64,000 nt of DNA. Origin: Klebsormidium nitens (lineage: Eukaryota > Plantae > Klebsormidiophyceae). The stretch is taken from positions 1 to 64,000 of the forward strand of contig DF237044.1 of assembly GCA_000708835.1 (NCBI GenBank). The letters are read 5' to 3'. The notes beneath the pieces were generated by a model. It ran no database searches. It saw only the letters and a program-made list of their open reading frames with translations, and was not told the origin of the DNA. A program made the translations under genes and the position numbers. Shown here piece by piece: positions 1 through 13,400 of the stretch (position 1 is its first letter; each line of letters begins with the position of its first letter).

Positions 1-1104
1 ATGACAGAGACCAGCCTACAGGTACCGGCTAAACTGGTACCGTCCGCGGAATATGCTGTGTGTGCCCTAGCACCTCTCCAATGAGCATGCATGATGACAA
101 CCGACTGGCGGCCGGCGCGCACAGCCGCGCCCCTGACTCTCTGACAGTGAAGGCCTGAGCAATGGGCATGTCGGCGCGCCGCCAGGAGCTTGTACGGTAC
201 GGAACCGGGCGGCGCATGTAGCAGGTAGGGACCTGCGGGCCATGCGATGGCTTACATGCAAGCTGCATGCAAGCTCTTGACCGGATCCCGGGCCAATCTG
301 TGCGATTCCTGAATACCGCCAGTAGTCAAAACTCAGGTATTCTTACAAAACAAATGCATATGACAGCGTATGCACATGGAATCACAATAAAACCATCCGA
401 CAGATTATGCATTGGTAACGCGAATCTGATGTGTGTATAATTGACGAATCAAGCGCGCGTTTGAAGAGTGCATCTGAAGCCTGTCACGCAATGAAGCATT
501 GAATGCCTGACGTCGGACGACGGCCAACATCATGATCACCCGAGAAGAATCGAGGATGAGGATCCGGTAGAATGGAGTCGGATTGACCCAGTTTTGAGTG
601 TGGCCAAAAGAGATTCTGTAGGATGACTTTCAAGGACTGTACCGTTATATCATCAGTCGCGAAGGACGCTCATGCAGCCTGGCTTGCGCTGCACGTAGTG
701 ATTCAACTTCAAGGTGGTGGAGTCTCGATCCGGGCCAGACTGCATAATATTTCCGCCGAAGAGCATGCAATGAGCACACCTTCAGTCACACATGCATGTG
801 CAAATTATTGCCAAGCCTGCCTGCTCATGCGGGCGCAGGCTCTCACTTGGCGAAGGGTACAAAGTACCAAGAAAAAACATGTCCGCGTGTATTGACTGGC
901 GCGATCATTCGTAGGTGGTGATTCTTTCGACTGAACTTACAGCGCTAGCTACAGCTGTCTTCGACACTTGAAAGATGCTCAAGCCTCACAAATTTGCGAC
1001 TAGCTGACTCATTCACGACATGCACAAACTCACAACAGTGGACATCAGGCTGGTCACACTGTAACAATGCTTTTGGGACCGTGCTGGGCGATCCATACTG
1101 TAGG

Positions 1105-4100
1105 TCAAGCCTTGACGTTCTCAGAATCCTTTTCAGTTTGTTCCTTGTAGTGCCGTATCACGTCTGCTTCCATGGCCTCGAAGGTCGCACAGAACCCTTC
1201 GGCATCCCGAACTTCGTGTGAGAACGAGAATCGGAACTCGCCCCATTCCCCCTCGTTCTTTCCCATATTCGATCCGGTTTCGAGCGTGACAGGTGTCCCT
1301 ATTTCAGCCGGGTCGATGCTTATGGACCGTTGTACTAAACAGGTGAAGCCCCACCTGTCGATGGACAGGACATATGCATCCTGCAAACATGAACGACGGC
1401 GGGTTAGCACTTGTTGGAGGGCGTACTTAGAAGAGCAAGGTGTCTGACGTATTCGAGTGGGCAAGCATAGAAGATGAGGTGACTTCAGTATGAAGGAGTG
1501 CACAGAACCGATCAATTGGCACACATTGGAGCAAAACGTAGTTCGCAGATTGCGTGCTTCGAAATTCGTTTGGGGCTAGAAAACCTCAAAAAGAATTGAC
1601 GAAAGCGACGGGAGTTCGCAAACCAACGAGATTGTCTGCATAAGACATGCCTGTCGGAAAACGGAGCTTAAATTGTCAGATCGAATCTGCGCATGTGCCA
1701 GCGCCCAAATGCTCGTGAAAGGACCCGAAGTACTACTGCGGCGTGTAAGGAGCGTCTTCTGCATCATTCAAACCACTTCCAGACTGCTCTCGTATAGTCG
1801 TTCACCACATCTGAACGACCGCGCTCCAGTCATACTCGATGTCGGGTGCAGACTGTCGCCCCCCCGATCCCCAAGTTCTTCTTCACTCCAATTGGCATCG
1901 TTGCACGATTGTGAACAGAAACTCGAACATTCAGCGCTCTCCAAATTGCGTCCGTGGTTCTGCCTCTGCAGACCCGTTAGCACCGGCTCGCGGTGGTAAA
2001 ACGTCCTTTAGATCAGCCCCCAAAAGTGTGCCATACAAACTCACCCGAGCTTCGACTTGCATGTACGCTGCAGCGAAGAGGATGAGCCGCTTCCGAGTGC
2101 CTTGGTCCCGGTTGAGTGCGTCGATCAGCGGAACTGAGACGAGCGCTGCACGCGGAAAGTGATGGCGAACCAGCAACATGGAGCTTTGAGGTATGAATCT
2201 CAAAACCGTGTTGAACTGACCGATAGGAAACCATGGAAATCAGAAACTGTTCCTGAAGAAAAGTCGTGAAAATTCAGCGGATGTGTAGGTGCTTCAAGAC
2301 TCCGCAACCCTCAATAGTGCCAGTCTTTGTGGACGGATGGCGTCTTGGCGGACATTCTTTCGCGAACGGATATAAGCTTCAGCTCACATGAAATCCCGGT
2401 ACTCCGAACCAAGCACAGCAATGAGATGGGGAAACAAGGCGTCGCTCCGTCCCGTTCAGATCAAACCTTCGTCAAACTGCTCGAGTGAACGACTTCCTTT
2501 CAATGACACGAAAGAAAAAGCAGGCCCAAGTCGATTCTCACCCAGAGGGTCCGTCAGCGCCCCCTGGAACTCCTCCGCAGTCCCCGACTTCCTTTCCCCG
2601 GCCACGTCCATGTACGTCCACTCCTTGGGCTCCAGTCTGTAGGCCCTCAGTTCACTCGCCCCGGCCATCGCCTCAAGCGCTTTCTGCCGGGCGTCGGCGG
2701 TCGGCCCGACGGTGTCGAGAAGCGCTTTCGCTTTCGGGCCCGCCCGCTCGACCGCGGACAGTGCGCGCGCGGACAGCTTCCGGACACGCTTGCGCCAGTA
2801 CTCGGCCTGCGGGAGCATAGGCGGTGAGAAGATGGCATAAGCGATGGGTAGATAGCATAAGAAATGGGCAGCGAATGAGAGTGAGGAGGACAGCGCGCGC
2901 ATGGATAGCTTTCATACGCGCTTGCGCCAGTATTCGGCCTGCGGGAGCGGAAGCGATGGGCGAGGCATAAGATATGTGAGGTGACGACGGTAAAAGACAG
3001 GGCTGCTGTATGCGCTTGTCCAAAGCATTGGCCTCCGTGAGGGTAAGTGATTTGAAGAGACGCACAAGCAACATGCAGAGGATGAGAGTAAAGAAGGACA
3101 GCGTGCATGGGTAGCTTCGGGACACGCTTGTGACAGTCCCCGGCCTGCGGGAGCACAAGCGATGAGTGGGGCATAAGGGATGCAGAACGACATTGATAGC
3201 GCGCGCGGGGATAGCTTCTGGAAGCGCTTGTGCCAGTACTCGGCCTGCAGGATCGAAAGCGATGGGTGAGGCGTAAGAGATCTGAAAAGAAAGGCGGTTA
3301 GGTTGCACGTCGACCGAAAACCTACTTCGCCTCCAGCGTTGCCTTTGTAGTACCGACAAGTAGGAGGTACGGTATTTCTATGCCATTTTACTCCTCTGGT
3401 ATGTACCCTCGGTAAGCATGTGGATCTAAAAGCCATCCGATTGGCTAAGAAATCCGGAAAGCTTTTTGCAGCTTTTTGGTCAACGCGCACCCTAAGACAA
3501 TAGCGGACGCGATCGTGCCAGTACTCAATTGGCGGGAGCACAAGTGATCCGTGGCTCATGAAGATGTGATCAGGTAGACACAAGCGATGCCCAAACTCGC
3601 ACATCGCTCAAGAGGACGACGCCTGCGCAACATCCAGACCCGCCTATACCCGCGATCGGCCAGGAAGCTTGGGACTTGATTGATAAGGATAGGCGACTCT
3701 TCCGCAGCAGTGCAAGAACACTTACACACTGGAGTTCGAGGCAATAGCAGAGTTTCAAACGCCCTTGCGCCAGTTGCAGCAGGACATAGTCGAAAATGAA
3801 GCATCAACCCTGTGCTAATCTCGACATCAGCCGTGGTCGAACTAGGCAGAATGAACCAGACGACAGCAAAACCCTTTCGTATTCGACGTGTGTAGGCTCC
3901 TCTGTGTCCAAACCGACCAGAGAAGTAGAGCTATGAATACTCGAGCATTTTGCATTGCGGATTTTCTCCCTTAACCCTTCACCATATTCTTCTTAAGGTC
4001 GTTAGGGTCCTGAACAAAGAGGCTCTGGAATATCTTATTGCATAGCTCCTGACGTTCAAAAGAACGGCCTTGCAACGACAAACTTCACATGAGCCCCCAT

Positions 4101-6026
4101 AGTTTTCCGGCCACAACGACAGACTCGTTCCGTTACCCTGTACGACGAAGTAGCTAGAGAAAGCAGCAAGCCACGACATTAAAAGAAATCTCTGATTGGA
4201 ATCTCGACTCACTTTTGATAACCAAATTATCTGACTCACCTCTGAAGGGTCTATTTCTGAAACCTCCCCTAGGATCACAGCCAGAGGGGGGAGCCTCTTG
4301 CAGCCTTTCTGCACCGCTTGCACCAGGGCGGGCGGGTCTGTATGGCCCGCCATTAGAGACGCCCGATTGTCGCCAATGATATTCTGCAAGGTCAAGAATC
4401 ATGAGCAATCCATCGTTTACAAAGGGAATGTGACTGGAACACCCGATTTGGAGCGACTCGATTAAGGGTGCATATACGTAGCATGTTCTTCATTTCCTAT
4501 CTTTAATCTGTGGCACCGAACGGATTGATCGGATATGGGAGCGCGTCGGAATCTTGATGTATGGACTCCAGAAGACTCTCTTTTTAAGAATCACTCATGA
4601 CAATGAACGGGTCCTTTCATCAGATCCGTATCTGTATCAACATGGTACGCATTTTTCTGAGCTTCTTGTTGCTGGTGTCAAAGCTCTTGCCCTTAAATGC
4701 ACTTTTGGCCACAGAGGCCAGCCTCTTGTCTTGGCAACCAGGGTTCGTTCAACCAAAACGTTGTCGCTTCTCCAGCCTCTTTTTCCAAGCCAAGTTCAAA
4801 TACCCGCAACTACAGCTTCCACTCCCACTTCAAGTGCTCCAAACCGATGATTCGTGATGACAACCTGATGGCTCTCAATCTAATTGAAGGATTGCACGCT
4901 CTCACTTTTCAAACCGTGAACTCTCACCTTCTCAGTTGATTGGATCGAATAACAGGCAAATGAGGCCCCTGGACTGTTCCCCATCACTACAACTCTCCTT
5001 TTCATCTCTAAGGATGGCAACTCACCATTTCATGTTCGTCATGCCGTGGCAGCCATATGATTGGCCTCCCGTCCAGTACTGCATAGCTTATGAACGTCGA
5101 GCGCACGGCGTTCCTTTGACCTTCTGCGGCGCCTGGATTGATCGTGGAAAGCTGACCTTTCCAGTTTGATACGAGAACATTCTGCAGAGAAGGTCAACCT
5201 TTTGTCTTCAGATGTATTCCAGGATGCACTTGTCTGGATAGGACCTTTCAGTGACTCGCTGGCCATCAAACTTCAAAAACAATTTCTAAACTTTCAATAG
5301 GAGCCTCAGTCAATGTGACAGAAACTTAGAAACGCTTGTAGGACACAGAGAGAGCCAATAATTCATGGGTTTGAGCTGGCAATAGGACCTTCGCTGTTTG
5401 GACATCTAGTATTCGACAACAGTGCCACCATGCTTGAACGCTGGGTCATCACTTCCGAGATCTGAAGCCCTACAGAAAGTGTCTTTCAGACACCACCACA
5501 CATCGCCCTGCAAGCTGATCTTACTCCAAGGTCACAGAGTTAACATTTTAGATGCTGAAAAGGTAGGAATTTGCAATCTACCAACCCTCACAAACATGTT
5601 TCCTTTCAACACCACAGCAGTTCTTACTTTGCATCGTTGTATCAGTGGCAGTCCGGTTTCGTCTCCGGAGGATCCTGTACCTCCCTTCTGCGGTGGTTGT
5701 TCCCCTTCCTTGGCTAAATCCTCATCATTAGTATCTGTTGAATATGATCTAGACTGAGGTTGATGACAGAAGCTAGAGAACTGAGACAAAGAGCTGCTTG
5801 AATCCACAAGGCTAACAAAAGTCCTCTCCGAGTTGAGAGGCTGTGCACCACTGCAATCAACTGCATGGGTCACCAATGATGAAAGCGAGCGCAAGGATTG
5901 GCCAGATTGAAAGAGAGGAGATGCTTCTACTTGCTTCAAAAAAAAGCTGCTTTCTTGGAAGGGCTCATTTCCGCTCAGCAAGCGGTGCATAAAGCGAAGG
6001 GACGGAAAGAAGCTGCGAAACGCCAT
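1105..6026 (-). CDS. Multi-exon gene of unknown function with an organellar (mitochondrial-like) N-terminal presequence; exon structure only partly resolved
   Basis: Exon 6026-5628 (133 codons, Ser/Arg-rich, RSYS motif) ends at a GTAAGA donor. Exons 2806-2542 (AEYWRKRV...) and 2145-2045 have GT-AG ends with matching phases. The terminal coding segment ends at 1105 (...EQTEKDSENVKA*). Middle exons (3.5-5.3 kb) are unresolved and no family was recognised. Confidence 0.55.
2761..3540 (-). repeat. Acceptor-junction echo array: 4 degenerate intronic copies of the 3' splice site plus start of the AEYWRKRV exon
   Basis: On the - strand ctcccgcag|gccgagtactggcgcaagcg is the true junction (exon start 2806). 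Copies start at 2938, 3144, 3244 and about 3528. Confidence 0.85.
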
Positions 6027-7433
6027 TTGCTTGCGTGCCCCGGTCGCACCACCAATCTATGTTGGTGGCCCTCTCACAACGAGCTCAGACTGCTACAGCA
6101 GCTAACGACGATAATCACCTAAATGCTGTCATTGAAAAGGAGGCACCATTCTGCTCCCTGGTGCTTTAGCTCATGTGGTTGCTGATTAAAAGGAGGTACG
6201 TGCTCTGCTCTTTGCAGCTTGCTGCATGCGAACTCAAAGCCAAAATGGGGTCCTCTTTCGCCTTTGTCCAGCTGCCTTGCGCCAGCACAGAATTGAAACC
6301 CTGAGGTTTAATCTATACTAGTTAGTACCTAAAACCGTTCCGCCGAACCCAGTGACACTGTCAGTGTGACTTGTCAACGCCTCAAAGGAACGATGTTGAG
6401 TCGCTCAGAATCGTTCATGCTCCGACTCTTATTGATATGGAACCGTTCGATGTGTCTGTCACGACTTAGCTGGGGAACTGACAAATGGTGAGCTGCCGCC
6501 ACGTCAGCACTTGCATTGGCGCCGTTTTGCAACTAGCATGACCTGCAATTCAAACTCGATAGTCAACTGCGGCGCCAGGCTCATTGCAGTGCAAAATTCA
6601 ATGCAAAGGCATGCTGGAGAAATTCCTGCAGCCTGCAGGGAAGAAGGTTGGTCTCAGGCGCCTCTGAAGTTTGGTTCTTTGAAAATTGCATGGTGGCGCT
6701 AAGATTAAATTAGATCCAAAGTAGACGACCTGTTCGTTGGCCAGCTTAGTACTTCACTTCTGAATCTTAGCAAGTTTGTGGCGTCCTAGGTTAGATTTGG
6801 AAATCCTCTGGAGGCTGATTCGAGGTGTCTTTTTGGGTAGGGTGCCAGTATTAGAAGACCTAGATCTTACTTCTGGAACACATGTAATTGACAAAGTCCA
6901 GCAAGGCTTGAAGTTGGGCTTCACAAGTTCATATGTCAGAGCACAAGTGTGTTGAATTTTGGCCTTCATCTGTGGGTCTACAAGGTTGAGATCTCTGGCA
7001 GATATCCTAGACCCCCCAAGTCAGGGAAAACTATAGGACATGCGACTTCTTTGACCTTTCAGATCGTGTGACTTTCTAGGTAGCCACAAACTTACCGGGC
7101 GGGCTTAGCTTGTTTCCCACCTTCCGCATACAATCACCTTTGCACGGTCTCTTTGTAGCCACTTGATGGTGGGATCTGCTTCAGTGCAAGCTGTTACTTC
7201 AGAGCGCTGAAGTAGCAGGCTTTTCAAGGCAGGCATTCAACAAGACGGAGGCACTGAACTTCGATACTTAGCTTCTCGAAGAGGTGTAGACAGGCTGAGC
7301 GGAGGGGAGTGTTTCACAAGAGCAAGCCCTATATCAAGCGGACACCAGAGATCAGGCCCCCAGCATTGCCCATGTTTGGGGCACAGCCTCCTCTGCAAGG
7401 GTGGTTTGCAAGTTAGGGTTTGGTGGCTCGACA

Positions 7434-10400
7434 ATGAAGCTGAAGCTGTCGCCCAGCATGCGGCGTATCACGATCACTGCACAGGAGGACTTCCATCCGA
7501 TGGGCCTGAAAAGCGCCCCCGCCTGCTGTTCCTACAGCTGCGTGATGGTCAGCCTTTTAGGGTTAGCGCTCATCCTGCCTATGCTCTTCATCACCACGGC
7601 AATTGTCAAGCTAGACAGCATCGACAACTGTATAGACGGAGGTAAGATTGGTGGAGTCAATTCTTTTTGTCCATGTTTTATCTGCATCTTCCAAGGTGTT
7701 GATATGGTTCTTCCTGCTCGTGTCGAGCTTGAGTAGGCAAAAGGCATAACCACCTTGTTGTCTTTGTTGAGTCTCCGTAGGGTCAGGTATCAACAACCAT
7801 AGTTTCTGGGTCAGGTATCAACAACCATAATTTCTGATGACAGGTTTTCGTGGTTGACCAAATCAGTCTCGCCAACTTTTTCTTGTAACGTAGCTTCCTT
7901 GTGTGTTGGTAAGGGCTGATGAAAGTAGTCAACACGCTTTAGTAAACTACGGTAGTTCCTCACAGTTCTTTGTGGACAAGTGTTTCTCAACCAGGTCTCA
8001 TCAGTGGCCGCATGCTGTGTCAGGGGTCTGTGTTGTTATAGTCCTGGTTATCTGTGAGAATCTCCCAAATTCACAGTCTGGAACACCGTTGCAAACTGCG
8101 GCTTTGAACTCCCTCTTGAGTCAGCTTCTCTTTCTGGTAAAGTATTAATCAACAAACCTTTCTGACTTTGTTCGTCCAATGATCGCTGCGCGGCACCCGT
8201 CGTTTCTGGTTCGCAGACAACCAGCTTGCTGACTGACATATCGAAAGTGCCAGAGTTCTTTCCTACATACCAGTGCATTGGAATCGATGTGTCATGCTGC
8301 TCACACATAGTTGGAATCAGACTCGTTGTATCAGAATTGTTCTTTATGTTGTTGTTATGTTGATGTGTCAAACGGGTTGTGATAGAGTATTCGCGCTTGG
8401 GGAGCAAACAAGTTCCTAGCGGAGGTAGATTTGGTAGTGGCACGCTTCTGAATCCGTTAAGAAACTGACTTATAGACTTTTTTCTCACACAACACCGATC
8501 GTCCTTCACAGAATATTACACTTGCAGAGACTCAGTACTAACACCGATGAAAGACTTTCCCCACCAATACATCACTTTCGTTTGCAGAATGTTACACGCG
8601 CGGAAGGAAGATGTCCCCAACGGACCGAGCGGACGAGCTCGTTACCGGACTCCTAGATGTTCCCGTTAGTGTCGGACGGCAACTCAACGAAGAGCGGACG
8701 GGCGTGGGGGGAGATGCGGTTGTCGGGGAAAGAGAAGAGACGATCGACGACCTGATTGCGCAAGTTTCGGAGCTGAACGATGACAGCGCGAGCGTGATCC
8801 TGAAACTCCGAGCTTTGGTAAGACATGACCGCTTGAATCCGCTTTTGCTGGTCCAATCAAGGTTTGTGGAAGCAATCAAGCCGGTTCAGTGTTCCTTAAA
8901 CAGGGCTCCCCTTTCCATTCTCGGCCTGTTTCTAGAGTTGTGAAAGATACGGTCTCTCCTACCTGTTAGACCTTCGTTGATGTAACCAAAAGGGGGAGTG
9001 CATCAATATTCAAGAGCTCACTGAAGAGCAGGCTGACTAAGTAGCTCCTACAGACTAGGTAGCGCTTACAGGTTGTACCGTTGACTGATCAGATGCGAAT
9101 CCTGATCTTCTCTGAATCCTTCAGTACCCTGGGTAGCCTTCTCTCAGTTACGAAAGTCAATTGCGCATGTTCGCACGCACTCATTCGTTGCTTCTCACCC
9201 GATTGTCCAGATTGAGTTTTGAATCTTTAAGAAAAATCCTTGACTTAAAAAGCGCAAAGTTCAGACCCCTGCAAAGTTCGTTTGCGAATAGGTCGACTTG
9301 CAGAAAGGCAAAGCGCACATTGCCGCTCTCTGCTGTAATTGATCTTTCTCCGCATTTTGTACATCATCTGGCATAGGCACCGAAACCCTGGACCCTAGGT
9401 CTGTTGATCCTAGAGTTTTGCGATCTCCGGAGATTGAGGTGCATAAGGGCACGCCGTTCGCTGTTCTTTGTGTAATTCGATTTCGAGGTCACCGTCACCC
9501 TAAACAACTGAATCTAGAGTCCATAACTTGAGGTCCAACAACGGTTTATTTTAACCTGATGAATCCTGCAATCTCTTCGGGTTGAGTGCATGAGAGGGCA
9601 GGTGCGAACTCTGTGTGCCGCCGGTTTTTCTCGCAGCATCTTTGGTTCTTGTGAGTTTAATCACCAGAACCCTCAGAACTCTGGGAATTTCCGCAGGTCG
9701 AGGTGCACGAGGGCAAGGCGCACATGGCCGCTCCTCCTGTTTTTACTCGTTTGTCTTCGCTTCCTTCGGCCACCATTATTCGAAATCTGAGATCTCAAAA
9801 CTTCAAACTCTGCTTCTAGACCCTTGAACCTCATGGAACCCTTCGCTTTCCTTAGGTCGAGGTGCACGAGAGTAAAGGCGCTCGTGGCTGCTCGCTTGTT
9901 CTCTATGTTCTCTGTTCTTTAGTTCTCCGCTTTTCTGTTCAACGTAACTCCAAAACTTGGTGCCTATCTTTGTACTTTCACTGCTTCTGTGGATACCAAT
10001 AAGACAACCCTAAACTCACTGCCAGGTCGAGGTCCACGAGGGCAAGGCGCGCATGGGTCCTCGCTCTGTTCTTCAATCATCGGCTCTCCGCTTCTCTTGT
10101 CAACCGTACCCTAAACTTTCAGAACCTAGTATCAGTTATAACATGTCCAGTGACTATAATAGACATCACTTTTTGACTAATCTACACTTTCCGCAGGTTG
10201 AGGTGCACGAAGGAAAAGCGCGCATGGCCAAGCTGCAGCGTGCGCTGTACCGACACTTCGCCTCGAAAGGCGTCCCCAAGGGCCTGCACTGCCTCTCGCT
10301 GCGGTTAACGGCTGACTACAGCACCAACCCCGAAGCTAACCGCCCGCTTGCGGGGCCCGAGGAGATATCCCGGCTGACCGACAACTCGCTGCGCCACTTC

Positions 10401-13400
10401 GTGCTGCTGTCAGACAATGTGCTGGCAACTAGTGTGGTGGTTAATTCGACGGTAAGCATGTTGCGAAGCTTCGATGATGACACCCGTATGCTCGATGGTT
10501 GGACGACTTAAAGATTTGTGCAGGGAGCTTTGTAAAACTTCGTATCGTAGCCTCGAGTCTGTTGCTTATCAGGTCGAGGCTTGTCGCAGGAAAGACAATC
10601 ATTGGGCCTTTCGAGAGCTCGCTATTTTCAATCACAAGCACCTGCATATTCAGAAGAAATCAAGGACGACAATTTGTCGAGAATTGTCTTTAGTGCCTTC
10701 AGAACTTCGACCCGTCTTTGAAGTGAGAAGCTGAGTCTCGTTGGAGCAAACTATTGAACAGTTCACTTTGCTTTTTTGAATGCGACCTGCGCATACATAT
10801 GAGCACCGGCAACGAGTATCCCGACTACAGTATCAGAGATGAATAGGCTCGTGAACGAACGACACGCGTCACAATTCGCAGGTGACAAATGCCAAGGAGC
10901 CCGAGAAAGTCGTCTTCCACGTAGTAACGGACGAGACGACGTATAGCGCGATGCATGCTTGGTTTGCCTTGTTCCCTCCGGAGCCGGTGAGTTTCAGGAC
11001 TCGCTCGGGAAGAAGCGAGCGTTATCACGACCGCGAAAAATATGAATCTTCGGAAGGGGCTCAGAAGTGCGTAGTGCAGATCTGAGGACGTCCCACAGAA
11101 AGACGTCTCATGCTTTTCCAGTTCTCCACATAAGAAGTGGTTTTGAGAGCGCTCAGTGCGGGCCAAGAATTGATTTAGAAAGCGTTGCATCATTACCTGG
11201 TATAGTTTGAACGGCCGAGATAGATTCCGAAATGTGTGTGCTTCTCAGCACGCTTGAAGTCACTTGGACCATGAGTGGCGACCTTCTCTGGTACTGCCTT
11301 TCCGAAAGCTGTGAAATGCAGACAGCAATTTTGACATTTTGATTGACACGAAGCTCTCTGATGAGACTCGTTTGAAGAGCGGATCATCTGTAGATACGCT
11401 CCTTGTCCAGAAAGGCAGAACCAGGAAGTGAAGCTTTGTTCTGGCCGCACCCGCTCACGGTACGGGTCTCCGGTGCGAGCTTCACATTGGTAATTAGACT
11501 CTGATTCGTAAGATACAAGTGTGAGACGAAAACCCGATTCTCAAATTGTTTTCTGATTCCACTCGACGATCAAGGTGCGCAGCGTGCACGAGATGCAGTG
11601 GCTGATGGCACTCAAGGCGCCCGTGCTGGACCTCGGTTTATCGACCCTGAAAAGTTGGTTCAGATAACCCAAAACCGTCCTTCACCCACCTCGTCGTCTT
11701 CTCTTAGGCAAGGATTGAAGTGCGCCGCGTCCACGAGATGCATTGGCTGAAGGCAGCCAAGGTGCCCGTGCAAGAACATAACTCTTTGACCCTGAAACTT
11801 AGGTCGGGCTAACCCATATCTTCCTTAATTCACATCTTCGTTCGTTCTCAGGCCACGATCAAGGTGTGCGGCGTTTCACGAGATGCAGTGGCTGAGGGTG
11901 CTCAGTCTTTCCGAAACCAAAATTGACATTGCGATTTCCACTTCGTGGATTGGTTCCCTAATTCTGAGGATGCAATCATGAAACTGGTAACCCAATCTCT
12001 AAACCATTTGTTTTTCCAGGCGACGATCGAGGTGCGCGGCGTGCACGAGATGCAGTGGCTGACTGCGGCGAAGGCGCCCGTGCTGGACCTGATGGAAAAC
12101 TCACTCGCGCTGCAAAAGCTCAACTACGGGGACCGGATCTTAGAGGAGGCCGCGAACGATCCACCGCAGGTGAGCCATCCATCATCCTCAGAAAGTGGCA
12201 GCTTTTGGACAGTCGTAGGATAGTCATTCTGGTTTAGGAGTCTTGGGGTGTCAGCGCCGCTCATGTCGGCTCTCAACGCTTTGAAAGCCTATGCCCTGGG
12301 GACGGTTTCTTCAAAGAGAGGCCTCCGCAAAGTCGCGGTCAGCATGATGTCGGTTTGAGATTTGAGCCTTCCAATGGCTGCAAGCCCTTGCCCATAAGAA
12401 CTCACCTGCGAGCCTCGACTCAAGCAAACCCGGTTATGGCAAGCTCAGTCCTCCCTTCAGTCAACCTGACCACAAACTTAGGTACTTTGCTTAAAGTCTG
12501 TTGCCAAACGCACTCAACCACTTGAAGATTTTGGCAGCGAAGTCCCAAGCGCGTAGCCCCAAGTTCGTCTCAATCATGAACCCTCAACGACTTTCAAATG
12601 AAGCATTCTCCGCTTCCCCTAGCCCACCATGCATTCAGTTTCCGACTCGTGGCCTCGATCTCAGCGAAGAGTTCTGAACTTTCATCCCCAAAATAAGTTC
12701 ATCGCTATACTAGTTACTGGCGGCGAAGCTGAGGTTGGGAGCCCCAAGTTTGAACCACCTGGGACCTTTGTTTTCAGCGTAACCCGTTTCTCGCCAAACC
12801 TAAAATCCACGTTCGATTGATAATTCAAACCTGACCAGCAGCTCGGTCCAGTCTGCCTGATTCCACTTCTCAAACATTTTTGACACCTTTTCAGGTGCTA
12901 GCGGCCAAGCTGCAGGCGTGCAGCCCTAAGTACATTCCCATCTCCAATCCCTTCGAATCAAGCAAACCCCGTTTCCCCCAGCTCCAACCCAACTACAATC
13001 AATGCTTGACCTTTTCTCTCAAAGGTAGCGTCTGAGATTCTAACCCCAAACATACCAACCGCAGTTGACCATTAATCAACCGCTTCTAACCACCCTTAAC
13101 CGGTTTTTTCAGGTGCTGGCCGCAAAGCTGCAGGCGCGCAGCCCCAAGTACATCTCCATCATGAACCACTTGCGGATGTACCTGCCCGAGGTGTTCCCCG
13201 AGCTGGACCGCATCATCTTCCTGGATGATGACGTCGTCGTGCAAAAGGACCTCACCGGCCTTTGGGAGATGGACATGCGCGGGAAGGTGAGGGCGCAAGT
13301 TTTGGAACGCTTGACGTCTTGAACCCGTTAAACCACCTGACGGTTTTGGATCTTTGTCGGAATACTTTACGTTCTTGAGACCTGCGGGATTCTTGACGTT

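Noticed and set aside
2545-2640. GYF-like motif WTYMDVAGERKSG in the unknown gene
   Set aside because: Only a partial resemblance; the following GPF/GYF core is absent.
7773-7833. Two-copy repeat of about 28 bp (ggtcaggtatcaacaaccata) in GAUT intron 1
   Set aside because: An ordinary short slippage duplication, not junction-derived.
9590-13165. GAUT echo copies as mutually exclusive alternative exons
   Set aside because: Each covers only the first 25-70 nt of the exon and lacks a matching downstream donor, and several are frameshifted or lack the AG, unlike true mutually exclusive exon clusters.
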